Below, one piece after another: positions 39,684 through 49,123 of a stretch of DNA of 64,000 nt (position 1 is its first letter; every line of letters begins with the position of its first letter). The notes beneath the pieces were generated by a model. The model was not told the DNA's origin, ran no database searches, and saw nothing but the letters and a program-made list of their open reading frames with translations. The translations under genes were made by a program, and so were the position numbers. Location of the stretch: positions 512,001 through 576,000 of the forward strand of contig CAWCTR010000007.1 of the NCBI GenBank assembly GCA_963798485.1, given 5' to 3'. The stretch is from an uncultured delta proteobacterium. GTDB taxonomy: Bacteria > Desulfobacterota > Desulfomonilia > UBA1062.

Positions 39684-41148
39684 CTGGAGTTTCCTGAGTT
39701 TTCAAATTAACCCCACTCACTCCAGGAAGCTGAAGCACAGTTGGAACTCGGGATATTTTGGTTTTGCCGTCTTGTTGAATCCGGTTTTATCGGAGAAGAG
39801 GAGCTTATAGAGCCCATCAGCGATGGCATAATTGAAAAAGGTGGGGATGCCGAAGAACCTCTTGGATACGATATACACTCTCTCAACCAGCATTTTGAGT
39901 CTCAGGTTATCCCCTAAATATACTGCCGCGAAATAGCTGACGGCAAGGACAAGGACCACCATGTTCCGGATACTGGTGTAATGGCGCACCCGGATATCTT
40001 CAAGATTGTAGCACTGCTTGATGTACCTGAAGGATTCATCGCATTTCCAGCGGGTGAGGTATATCTCAATGATTCTCCAGATGGTCTCGCGGTCCTTCAG
40101 GTGAACCGGGCAGCTTGTCAAAAGCATCATCGGCTCCTTGCCGAACCCTTTCGCCACCACGAGAAACAACGGAGCATCATGGCCGGGTAGTTTCACCGCC
40201 ACGGCATTGTAGAAAACGCTTGCCTGGCGTTCTTTCCCTTCCTCATACTTGATCATGACCGCTTCATGCGGACAGGGCAAGGCCGTGGCAAGAAAGTGAC
40301 AATTCTTTTTGACGCCTTTATGGATGAGATCTCTGTTCTTCTTAAGACGGATCACAAACCGCTTCGCCTTCCCCTTTTCAAGAAATTTGTCATAGAGCTT
40401 ACCCCTGTCCCCTCCGCGGTCGATGGCATAGATACCTTTGCTCCCCACATGGGCGCTCACGGTGTCGATCACTTTGAAGAGCTGATCGTTCTCGCTCTTG
40501 AAATCCTCGGCTTCCTGCGAATATGCCTCCAGGTACAACGGTATCACCTTCTTATGCTCAATGTCCGCGGCCACCCCTTTGCAGAGCCAGTACCCCTCAC
40601 CAATCTCATGTTCACTTCCATCATGTACCTTGCAGAGACACTCCATCTTCGAGGCATACTTCTTACGGATATCTCCAGGATCTATGGCTATCACCATATC
40701 ATCAAGCACCTTCGTGCTCCCAAGGCGGCATATCTCATGGTTGATCGCATCCGTAAAATCCCGATCATCCAGATTCCTCGATAACCGGTCCTCCGTCTTG
40801 ATCAGGGGTATGGCCTCATTCAGGCTACGACTCACACTGGACAACTTGATATCCTTCCCGGCCTGTATCCCATACACCATCTCTCGAATGAGCTTCTGCT
40901 TCGACTTGGGTAATCCCTTGGAAATGATTCCTGAGAATCTCGTTATCTGCCCTTTTATATCCGCTGCTATCCTGGAGTTCCCGGCCATATCGTCTCCATC
41001 TCCTGTATGTGACGCTACTTTCTACCATATCAGCCGGTGAATCTCAGGAATCTTTTACGCTTAGACGTTGTTATCTTGATAAAATAAGCTTCTTACTTTA
41101 TTTCAATAGGTTATCTACTGTTCAGTGATAAAACTCAGGAAACTCCAG
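39684..41148 (-). mobile_element. IS4-family insertion sequence (1465 bp)
   Basis: Perfect 19-bp terminal inverted repeats CTGGAGTTTCCTGAGTTTT (39684-39702 and 41130-41148), flanked by an 11-bp direct repeat TAAAGAAATTA (39673-39683 and 41149-41159). Confidence 0.93.
39717..40988 (-). CDS. DDE transposase (IS4 superfamily)
   Basis: IAIDPGD, IDRGGD, YLTRWKCDESFRYIKQ (Y-2-R-3-E-6-K-like motif). Confidence 0.9.
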   Translation of the reverse strand: MAGNSRIAADIKGQITRFSGIISKGLPKSKQKLIREMVYGIQAGKDIKLSSVSRSLNEAIPLIKTEDRLSRNLDDRDFTDAINHEICRLGSTKVLDDMVIAIDPGDIRKKYASKMECLCKVHDGSEHEIGEGYWLCKGVAADIEHKKVIPLYLEAYSQEAEDFKSENDQLFKVIDTVSAHVGSKGIYAIDRGGDRGKLYDKFLEKGKAKRFVIRLKKNRDLIHKGVKKNCHFLATALPCPHEAVMIKYEEGKERQASVFYNAVAVKLPGHDAPLFLVVAKGFGKEPMMLLTSCPVHLKDRETIWRIIEIYLTRWKCDESFRYIKQCYNLEDIRVRHYTSIRNMVVLVLAVSYFAAVYLGDNLRLKMLVERVYIVSKRFFGIPTFFNYAIADGLYKLLFSDKTGFNKTAKPKYPEFQLCFSFLE

Positions 41149-41162
41149 TAAAGAAATTAGGG

Positions 41163-41191
41163 TTGACAACCGATATGTTTCTATATATAGA
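41163..41191 (+). promoter_or_regulatory. Sigma70 promoter of the trp operon
   Basis: TTGACA (41163-41168), 17-nt spacer, TATAGA (41186-41191). Confidence 0.7.
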
Positions 41192-41197
41192 AACATC

Positions 41198-41281
41198 ATG
41201 ACGAGAAAGAATGCGACATCAAAGACAATCAGGTGGTGGTGGCGCACCATGAATAAAGGTATACGGGGAGGTTTGCCTTAG
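41198..41281 (+). CDS. trpL: trp operon leader peptide MTRKNATSKTIRWWWRTMNKGIRGGLP
   Basis: 27-codon ORF with TGG TGG TGG at 41234-41242, upstream of a terminator and trpE. Confidence 0.88.
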   Translation: MTRKNATSKTIRWWWRTMNKGIRGGLP

Positions 41282-41307
41282 GGGTTTAAGTTTAGCCACA
41301 TGTCAGA

Positions 41308-41341
41308 GCGGTAAGCCTCCCAATGGCTTGCCGTTTTTTTT
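41308..41341 (+). terminator. trp attenuator terminator
   Basis: GCGGTAAGCC-tcccaat-GGCTTGCCGT followed by a T run; GGGAGGTTTGCC (41266-41277) can pair alternatively with 41310-41321 as antiterminator. Confidence 0.88.
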
Positions 41342-41358
41342 ATACTTTGGAGAAAACT

Positions 41359-42751
41359 ATGCCGGACCGATTGAACATTATCAGAGACGTTTCTGACCAG
41401 GGGGTTTTGGTTGTACAGAGCATGGCCTGCGATACGGTTACCCCGGTTGGCGCCTACAAGGCCCTCGTTGGAGAAACCCAGGGATTTCTGCTGGAATCCG
41501 TACCGGTTGCCTACAGCTTTGTCGGCCGTTTTGACCAGGGCGGGGTTGTAGCGGTAGAGGAGGGAGAAAAAGACCCATGGGCAAAAATCCCCAGGGTTGC
41601 AAACCCGCTTTGCTTTGCCCATAACGGCCTTCCCCCCTTCATTGGCGGGTATGTGGGCTACATAGGCTATGACATGATCAGGGGGGTTGAGGCCCTGCCA
41701 CGGCCCCAGCTGCCCTCCGGGTTTCCCGATGCACTGCTTGGCAGGGTAAGCACGCTTTTGGTCTTTGATCACCTGAAACAGGACCTCAAGCTCCTTCAGG
41801 TGATCCCGGAGCCTTCCGTCACCGATCAGGAGGCGATAGCCCTTGCAAGGGAAAGGTTTTCCGAAATCGAGGACGCACTCTATTCAAGCAGCATCAATAT
41901 CAGGCCGCAGATGCCCAGCATCCGCGGCAGTGCAGGAGGTCTCCCTTGATGATAGTGAGTTCACGGAGGCCGTTCTCAAGGCAAAGGATTATCTGCACAA
42001 GGGCGATATCATGCAGGTGGTGCTCTCACGGAGGGTGAGGCTCGACCTTGAAGGCGACCAGTTTGACATCTACCGAAGGCTCAGGCGCATCAACCCCTCG
42101 CCATATCTTTTTTTCATCAAGATTGCAGATGTAACCCTCCTCGGTTCATCCCCTGAAGAGATGGTGCGGCTCCAGGGCGAGACGATCACCACGGTCCCCA
42201 TTGCAGGGACCAGGCCAAGGGGTAAGAGCCCATCGGAAGACGATTATCTGGTTCAGGACCTGCTGGCCGATGAAAAGGAGCGCGCCGAGCACCTCATGCT
42301 GCTGGACCTGGCCCGGAACGACCTGGGCCGCGTCTGCATCCCAGGCACGGTCAAGGTGATGCAGCGGGAAAAGGTGAGGCTCTATTCGCACGTGATGCAC
42401 ATCGTCTCATGTGTCGAGGGCTTGCGTCGCAGTGGTGTGGATGCCACCGACGTCCTGAAGGCCTGCTTCCCTGCGGGCACTGTTTCAGGCGCCCCCAAGG
42501 TGAGGGCCATGGAGATCATCGACGAGCTGGAGGGGAGATGCCGGGGCCCCTATGCCGGTGCTGTGGGCTACCTTTCATACAACGGCAACATGGACACCGG
42601 TATCGTTATCCGGACTATATTTTCCCGGAATGACAAGACATACCTCCAGGCAGGCGCCGGAATCGTATGGGATTCGGTCCCTGAACGGGAGCTCAAGGAG
42701 ATAGACAACAAGCTGAAGGCACTTCAGACGGCATTGGGAGGGACGAAATGA
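41359..42751 (+). CDS. trpE: Anthranilate synthase component I; frameshift near 41925
   Basis: FLLES, GGYVGYIGYD, then shifted frame GDIMQVVLS, INPSPY, GSSPE, PIAGTRPRG, KERAEHLML.DLARND, FPAGTVSGAPK. Confidence 0.9.
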
Positions 42752-43329
42752 TACTCATGATCGACAACTTTGATTCGTTCACCTACAACCTGGTGCAGGC
42801 CATAGCGGCACGAGGCGAGGAGGTGGTGGTCAGACGGAACAACGCCATAGACTTAGGTGGGGTAAGGGCGCTTAACCCGTCGGCGATCATCATCTCTCCA
42901 GGCCCCGGAACCCCCAATGATGCCGGGGTCTCCCTGGACCTGATCAAGAACCTTGCCGGGACCATCCCCATCTTGGGTGTATGCCTCGGCCATCAGTGTA
43001 TTGCACAGGCCTTTGGCGGCAAGATAGTGTTGGCCAAGAAGGTCATGCACGGGAAGCTCTCCCGGATCGCCCATAACGGTTTGGGGCTGTTCGATGGGAT
43101 CCCTGACAATTTCTCGGCCGTCAGGTACCACTCGCTGGCCGTTGACGAGTCCAGCCTGCCGAAAGGCTTTTTTGTAAGCGCCAGGGCCTATGACGATGGT
43201 GAGATCATGGCCATCTGTCATGAAGATATGCCGATTTTCGGGGTCCAGTTCCACCCGGAATCCATTGCCACCGATTTTGGTGAGCAGATCCTGGAGAGAT
43301 TCATATCCTTGACAAGGAGGCCATCATGA
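42748..43329 (+). CDS. trpG: Anthranilate synthase component II (glutamine amidotransferase)
   Basis: IDNFDSFTYNL, SPGPG, GVCLGHQ, RYHSL, QFHPES. Confidence 0.95.
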   Translation: MILMIDNFDSFTYNLVQAIAARGEEVVVRRNNAIDLGGVRALNPSAIIISPGPGTPNDAGVSLDLIKNLAGTIPILGVCLGHQCIAQAFGGKIVLAKKVMHGKLSRIAHNGLGLFDGIPDNFSAVRYHSLAVDESSLPKGFFVSARAYDDGEIMAICHEDMPIFGVQFHPESIATDFGEQILERFISLTRRPS

Positions 43330-44318
43330 AGGCGTCTTTTGAAAAATTGATTTCAGGACAACACTTGAATCCCCACGAGATGGAACGGGCGTTTGATCTG
43401 ATCATGTCCGGCCAGGTCAATGATGTGCAGATAGGTGGGTTTCTGACTGCGCTACGGATCAAGGGGGAGACCCCCGAGGAGATCGAGACTGCGGCCCGTG
43501 TCATGCGCAAGAAGGCATTGCCGGTCAAGACCGGGTGCGACATGGTTGTAGACACGTGCGGTACCGGCGGAGACGGCGCCTCTACCTTTAATATATCCAC
43601 TGCCGTTGCCTTTGTCATGGCCGGGGCCGGATACAAGGTGGCCAAGCACGGCAACCGGTCCGTGAGCTCTTCCTCGGGGAGTGCCGACTGCCTGGAGGCG
43701 TTAGGAGTGCCCATTGACCTTGGGCCGGATGATGCCGCAAGGGCGATAGCGGAAAAGGGTTTCTGCTTTCTGTTTGCGCCGGCCTATCACCCGAGCATGA
43801 AGTACGCCATGCCGGCCCGGAAGCAGCTCGGGATCCGCACCATCTTCAATACCCTGGGTCCGCTCGCAAACCCGGCCGGCGCGACCAATCAGGTCATAGG
43901 CGTTTATGCGGCATCCCTGGTGGACCCCATCATCGAGGCCCTGAAGAACATGGGGCTCAAGGGTGCCATGGTAGTACACAGCGGGCTCGATGAAGTATCC
44001 ATTGCCGGACCCACCAGATATGCAAGGCTCTCTGATGGCAGGATCACCAGGGGTGAGATCACACCAGAGCAAGCCGGGCTTGCACCCATGTCGATGGAAG
44101 ACCTCAAGGTATCGTCACCTATGGAATCCGCACAGAAGATCAAGGACCTTTTCGAATGTAAGCTTGAAGGTGCATGCCTGAACAGCCTTCTCCTGAACAC
44201 GGCTGCAGCCTTTATGGCCGTTGACGGCACTGTGGGGATCAAGGATGGAGTGGCTATGGCGAGAAAAGTGATCAAAAACGGGGAGGCCCTCAATGCCCTG
44301 AGGCGGGCCAGGGCATAA
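43326..44318 (+). CDS. trpD: Anthranilate phosphoribosyltransferase
   Basis: DTCGTGGD, FNIST, KHGNRSVSS.SGSAD. Confidence 0.96.
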   Translation: MKASFEKLISGQHLNPHEMERAFDLIMSGQVNDVQIGGFLTALRIKGETPEEIETAARVMRKKALPVKTGCDMVVDTCGTGGDGASTFNISTAVAFVMAGAGYKVAKHGNRSVSSSSGSADCLEALGVPIDLGPDDAARAIAEKGFCFLFAPAYHPSMKYAMPARKQLGIRTIFNTLGPLANPAGATNQVIGVYAASLVDPIIEALKNMGLKGAMVVHSGLDEVSIAGPTRYARLSDGRITRGEITPEQAGLAPMSMEDLKVSSPMESAQKIKDLFECKLEGACLNSLLLNTAAAFMAVDGTVGIKDGVAMARKVIKNGEALNALRRARA

Positions 44319-44320
44319 CC

Positions 44321-45079
44321 ATGGATTTTCTGGACAAGATGTACAGGCTCTCGCGAAGACGCGCAGCAGGGCTTTTGCCGCCCGCCGGCTATCCCTTTTC
44401 CGCCAGGCCCTTCAAGTCCGCCTTGAAGGATATGGCGCTCATTGCAGAGGTGAAGTACGCCACCCCCAAGGACGGCCTGCTGGGTATCACCGATGACCCG
44501 GCAACCATTGCATGTGAATACGAGCGGCTCGGCGCGAGCGCCATTTCGTGCCTCACCGAGCCGGAGTATTTTGCAGGTTGCCTCGAATACATAGGCATCA
44601 TCCGCGCACGCTGTTCTTTGCCGGTCATGATGAAGGATTTTATTGTGGATGAACGGCAGATCCAGGCAGGACGTGCATTGGGTGCCGATGCCTTCCTGCT
44701 TATCACCGAGATGTTGAGCAAAAAAGGGCTCAAGGCCTTGTATGCATGCGGCAAGGACCTGGGTATGGACTGCCTCGTGGAGGTCCACGGCCTCGAGGGT
44801 CTGGACAAGGCCGTGGCCGTGGGTGCAGAGATCATCGGCGTGAATTCCCGGGACCTCAAGACCCTGCAGGTTGACCCTCTAAGACATGAAAAGCTTGCAG
44901 GTCACATCCCCGCGCATGTGGTCAAGGTTGCCGAGAGCGGGATAACATCAGGGACAAGGCTTATGGAACTCAAGGCCTTTGGCTATGATGCAGCGCTTAT
45001 CGGCAGGGCCTTTGCGGATGGGGCGTTACGGGAGGAGATCTTCCATGTGGGTAAAGATCTGCGGCATCACCAGGCTTGA
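44321..45079 (+). CDS. trpC: Indole-3-glycerol phosphate synthase
   Basis: IAEVK..TP, ISCLTEPEYF, KDFIVD, IGVNSRDL, VAESGI. Confidence 0.93.
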   Translation: MDFLDKMYRLSRRRAAGLLPPAGYPFSARPFKSALKDMALIAEVKYATPKDGLLGITDDPATIACEYERLGASAISCLTEPEYFAGCLEYIGIIRARCSLPVMMKDFIVDERQIQAGRALGADAFLLITEMLSKKGLKALYACGKDLGMDCLVEVHGLEGLDKAVAVGAEIIGVNSRDLKTLQVDPLRHEKLAGHIPAHVVKVAESGITSGTRLMELKAFGYDAALIGRAFADGALREEIFHVGKDLRHHQA

Positions 45080-45611
45080 GGATGCCGAGTTGGCTGCTTC
45101 ATCGGGTGTGGCGCTGATGCCCTGGGCTTTGTCTTTACAAAGAGTCCGCGCAACGTCTCTCGTGAGATCATAGTGCCTTGGATTCAAAAGATAACAGGGG
45201 TGGAGAAGGTGGCGGTATTCATGGATGAAGGCGTGGATGAGATCCTTAAGACCTGTGCGGGTCTCGGGATTGACACTATTCAGCTCCATGCGGCGCCGTC
45301 ACCAGGAGCACGAGCGCCTGATCGAACGTTACGGCATCATCTATGCCGCACACGAGTACGCTCAAGGCATGCTCCCCGGCTACCCATGCCGTATCCTTAT
45401 CGACGCGAGCACGGGAAAGGGCATGAAAGGGATATGGAAAAAGCGCGACATACCTTTTATCCTGGCCGGCGGACTTACCCCGGATAATGTCCGGGAGGCC
45501 ATCAGGGCGGCCTTGCCTGAAGGAGTGGACGTGTCTTCGGGCGTAGAGATGTCGCCGGGCATCAAGGACCCGCTCAAGGTAGAAAGATTTATCAGGGAGG
45601 CCAAGTCATGA
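45045..45611 (+). CDS. trpF: Phosphoribosylanthranilate isomerase; two frameshifts (about 45110 and 45300)
   Basis: VKICGIT / ADALGFVF...SPR...IQLH / [10 protein letters not shown]...[13 protein letters not shown] across three frame segments. Confidence 0.85.
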
Positions 45612-46762
45612 AGGGATACTTTGGAGAATTCGGAGGGCAGTACGTACCGGAGACATTACTGCCCGCACTTGAGGAACTCGATGCTGCCATGGAAAAGGCC
45701 TTTGACGAGACGGCCTTCTGGGATGAATTCAACTCCTACATGGTCCACTATGTGGGCAGGCCCACGCCGCTCACCCATGCGAAAAGGCTCTCGGCGCATC
45801 TCGGGCTCGATGTGTGGCTCAAGCGGGAAGACCTCAACCATACCGGCTCCCACAAGATCAACAACGCCATCGGCCAGATACTGCTGGCCAGGCGCATGGG
45901 AAAGAACCGCATCATCGCCGAGACCGGGGCCGGCCAGCACGGCGTGGCAACGGCAACGGTATGCGCCCTGTTCGGCATGGAATGCCATGTGTATATGGGA
46001 AGCACGGATATTGTCAGACAGCAGATAAATGTGGAGCGTATGAAGCTTTTAGGTACCGAGGTGATCCCGGTAGAGGGCGGCAGCGCTACCTTAAAAGATG
46101 CCACCAGCGAGGCCATCAGGGACTGGATAACCAATGTTGACACCACGTACTACCTCATCGGCTCAGCCATCGGTCCGCACCCCTACCCGAGCCTGGTGCG
46201 TGCTTTCCAGGAGATTATAGGCCGTGAGGCCAGGCAGCAGATCATTGCCTTATCCGGCTCGCTGCCTGATGCCGTGGTGGCATGCGTGGGAGGCGGCAGC
46301 AATGCCATCGGGATCTTCAGCGCCTTTCTTGATGAGGACAAGGTGGATCTGATCGGGGTGGAGGCCTATGGCCAGGGTAATGGCAGGCACGGCGCCAGCA
46401 TCAACTTCGGGACTCCGGGTGTGCTCCACGGATCGCGGTCCTTTCTGCTCCAGGACAAGGACGGTCAGGTCGTGGAGACCCATTCCATTGCAGCAGGGCT
46501 CGACTACCCTGGAGTGGGGCCGGAGCACAGCTTTCTTGCAGCTACGAAAAGGGCGCGTTACGCCCTGGTCAATGACGAGCAGACGCTTGCCGCCTTCAAG
46601 CTGTTGAACAGGCTGGAGGGGATCGCCCCTGCCCTGGAGAGCGCCCATGCCATCGGGTATCTCGCAGAGTACTGCAAGAACAACCAAGGCAAAAAGGTTG
46701 TGGTCAATCTTTCCGGCAGGGGGGACAAGGACATCCACACGGTGTTAGGGGGCGGGCAATGA
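45608..46762 (+). CDS. trpB: Tryptophan synthase beta chain
   Basis: [53 protein letters not shown]. Confidence 0.98.
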   Translation: MKGYFGEFGGQYVPETLLPALEELDAAMEKAFDETAFWDEFNSYMVHYVGRPTPLTHAKRLSAHLGLDVWLKREDLNHTGSHKINNAIGQILLARRMGKNRIIAETGAGQHGVATATVCALFGMECHVYMGSTDIVRQQINVERMKLLGTEVIPVEGGSATLKDATSEAIRDWITNVDTTYYLIGSAIGPHPYPSLVRAFQEIIGREARQQIIALSGSLPDAVVACVGGGSNAIGIFSAFLDEDKVDLIGVEAYGQGNGRHGASINFGTPGVLHGSRSFLLQDKDGQVVETHSIAAGLDYPGVGPEHSFLAATKRARYALVNDEQTLAAFKLLNRLEGIAPALESAHAIGYLAEYCKNNQGKKVVVNLSGRGDKDIHTVLGGGQ

Positions 46763-47520
46763 TAGCAAAGGCGATAAGAGATCATAAAAAGGCAATTATC
46801 CCGTATGTCACGGCAGGCCTGCCGGACCTCGATACTACAGGCAAGATCCTCCTGGCGTTGAAGGATGCAGGCGCCGCAGCAATCGAAATAGGTATTCCCT
46901 TCTCGGACCCCATGGCGGACGGGCCGGTGCTGCAGAAGGCATCCTACCTGGCCCTGCAGAAAGGCTTTAAAATGGACGAACTTCAGGGTTGCCTGACGGG
47001 GTGGAGCACCATGCTTGACATACCGCTCGTTGTCATGTCCTATATCAACCCCCTCATGCGCCGCGGCCTTCGCCGGACCCTTGCAAGCCTTAAAGCCTGC
47101 GGGGTGAGAGGGACGATCATCCCGGACCTGCCCCGGGATGCGGATAAGATCTATGCCGACTGCCAAGAGATCGGCATCGACCTGATCAGGATGGTGGCCC
47201 CGACCACCGAGCCAGCCAGGATGAAAGAGGTCCTCTCCCAGTGCGGCGGATTCGTGTATGCGGTTTCCATCAAGGGGGTTACCGGCTCAAGGAGTGATCT
47301 GCCTCCGGAGGTACGGGCCCAGGTGGGCGCCATCAAGGAGATGACCGACCTGCCGGTGTGTGTGGGTTTCGGGGTGTCCAGCGCAGCCCAGGTGGATGAT
47401 CTTCTCACCTTTACCGACGGGGTCATCGTCGGCAGTTACCTGATGGGCAAGATCATGGACTCACCCGATCCGGCCAAGACCGCATACGAGACGTTGCATG
47501 GGCTGTTGAACGGTAGGTAG
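46759..47520 (+). CDS. trpA: Tryptophan synthase alpha chain
   Basis: [35 protein letters not shown]. Confidence 0.97.
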   Translation: MIAKAIRDHKKAIIPYVTAGLPDLDTTGKILLALKDAGAAAIEIGIPFSDPMADGPVLQKASYLALQKGFKMDELQGCLTGWSTMLDIPLVVMSYINPLMRRGLRRTLASLKACGVRGTIIPDLPRDADKIYADCQEIGIDLIRMVAPTTEPARMKEVLSQCGGFVYAVSIKGVTGSRSDLPPEVRAQVGAIKEMTDLPVCVGFGVSSAAQVDDLLTFTDGVIVGSYLMGKIMDSPDPAKTAYETLHGLLNGR

Positions 47521-47534
47521 CTGTTAAGCGATTT

Positions 47535-48347
47535 TCAGTCCCCTATTACTGCCGGCTCGAACTTCATGACACCGCTGTCCGTCTGGAGCATGATGTAAAA
47601 GTTCCCATCCCGGAACATGCATGATGAAACCGTTTCAAGCGCCTTGGTGTATGGGTCAAACAGAGAGTTTTCCAGACAGATCATGTGGGTATATGCAAGC
47701 TTGCGCATGACAAGCCAAGTGCCCGCCATCAGATATGTCCCCATACCCCGGTTGCAGTCCGCCCGTACGGTCACCGTTCCGTCCTGTGACAGGATGAGGA
47801 TATATTTTGAGGGGTCTTCAGGGACCATGGCCGTGTTGTTCGCATACTGGATCTGCACGAGCCGCCAGACTATTCCCGTGACTGCCGGATTCCGCTCCAG
47901 GCGCAGGCCGACATTACCCCACTTATCTTTGTCATACTGGAGGGCTGAAAGGCTATCGCCGTCTACCGTAAAATTGATAAGCTCTGGCTTCTCATATATC
48001 CGGCCTATCATGCCGGTCAGCTTCACCGTCACCGTTGAGGCATACCGGCATTCCCATTGCCCATTCTCAATCAGGGCCGGCTTGCCATCCAGGGAATCAG
48101 TGATCATCTCCGAGTGGTGGTCGGGAAATAGCTTCAAACGGATCATTCTCCCCGGGGTGTCGGCTGCAGTGAGCTTGGCGCCATAGAGACCCTCAATATG
48201 CTCGGGTGCGACCAGGCATGGCATTTCCTTTGCCGCCTTGCCTTTCCATAAGGAACACCCGCTCGTGATTAATAATAGGGAGAACACCAGGAATGATAGT
48301 AAACCGATTGGTTTCACCTGGATTCGGTTTTTTGTTTCCTTGTTCAT
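47535..48347 (-). CDS. Lipoprotein with NlpE-like N-terminal and META (HslJ) C-terminal domains
   Basis: Lipobox ITSG-C; YGAKLTAADTPG; WRLVQI...ADCNRGMGTY...THMIC. Confidence 0.75.
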   Translation of the reverse strand: MNKETKNRIQVKPIGLLSFLVFSLLLITSGCSLWKGKAAKEMPCLVAPEHIEGLYGAKLTAADTPGRMIRLKLFPDHHSEMITDSLDGKPALIENGQWECRYASTVTVKLTGMIGRIYEKPELINFTVDGDSLSALQYDKDKWGNVGLRLERNPAVTGIVWRLVQIQYANNTAMVPEDPSKYILILSQDGTVTVRADCNRGMGTYLMAGTWLVMRKLAYTHMICLENSLFDPYTKALETVSSCMFRDGNFYIMLQTDSGVMKFEPAVIGD

Positions 48348-48560
48348 AGATTCCCGGTCTCGTTTAACAGATTGAATGCAATACTTTAAAATTCCAGCCC
48401 ACTTTAAGTCACCCTCTTGGCGATTGCAAGTATCATGTCGCATAGGTACGCATAATTTATGCCCAATGCATCAGAGCACTTGACTCTTAGGTGCTAATTG
48501 TTGTTAGAATGTCGCGTTCGCGGGACGTGTTGAATGGATTTTTAAGAACGTGCCGCGGGT

Positions 48561-48653
48561 GGAGAGATGGCCGAGTGGACGAAGGCGTTCGCCTGCTAAG
48601 CGAATGTAGGGTCAAAAGCTCTACCGAGGGTTCGAATCCCTCTCTCTCCGCCA
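48561..48653 (+). tRNA. tRNA-Ser (GCT)
   Basis: GGAGAGA/TCTCTCC acceptor stem, anticodon loop CT-GCT-AA, long variable arm, GGTTCGAATCC T-arm, encoded CCA. Confidence 0.97.
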
Positions 48654-48664
48654 TAGTCCGCACT
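48593..48664 (+). repeat. 72-bp direct repeat, left att site (3' part of tRNA-Ser plus 11 nt)
   Basis: Identical to 56097-56168. Confidence 0.93.
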
Positions 48665-48773
48665 TTTTAGGGGGCCTTTGGCCCCTAAAAACAATCAAAA
48701 ATAACCTTTGATAATCTCGTTGCTGCCACTTCTGCTGCCACTTTTAATTTGGATGTGGTTTTTGACATAATAA

Positions 48774-48794
48774 TGCCGCCCATGGTGGGCGGCA
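48774..48794. terminator. GC-rich hairpin, probable terminator downstream of res
   Basis: TGCCGCCCA-tgg-TGGGCGGCA flanked by A/T runs. Confidence 0.5.
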
Positions 48795-49123
48795 AAATAA
48801 CACTTGAGAATAGGACGTGAATAAGTGCTGGTTACTTATAGCTCTTCCATTACCCTTTGGGTTAGTAAAAAACATATTCAGAGTTTGCTGCAGCTCCGCC
48901 ATCGGAGCCATTTAAAATGCACATCGGATATATTATCCGGTATTGTTTTTTTAAATCTTTAGATGACTTTACATCCAGAGTACCAATCTCCTTTACTGCA
49001 CAATCACTGTCGAAGCTAGTGCTCTATTGACTTTGATTTCTTACCTAAAGGTCTCTAATTGATTCTCTCTGAGCTATGAGAAATATTTTCCTTGATCTTT
49101 CTGGGTGATCACAACTGGTGCCT

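Noticed and set aside
41900-45310. Programmed frameshifting in trpE and trpF
   Set aside because: No slippery sequences at the shift sites, and similar indels occur in unrelated genes.
48475-48497. CIRCE-like palindrome upstream of tRNA-Ser (AGCAC-N11-GTGCT)
   Set aside because: Spacing is 2 nt shorter than CIRCE, the arms match poorly and there is no heat-shock gene context.
48800-49120. Integrase remnant or small gene downstream of res
   Set aside because: AT-rich, the frames checked are interrupted by stops, and no tyrosine-recombinase motifs were recognised.
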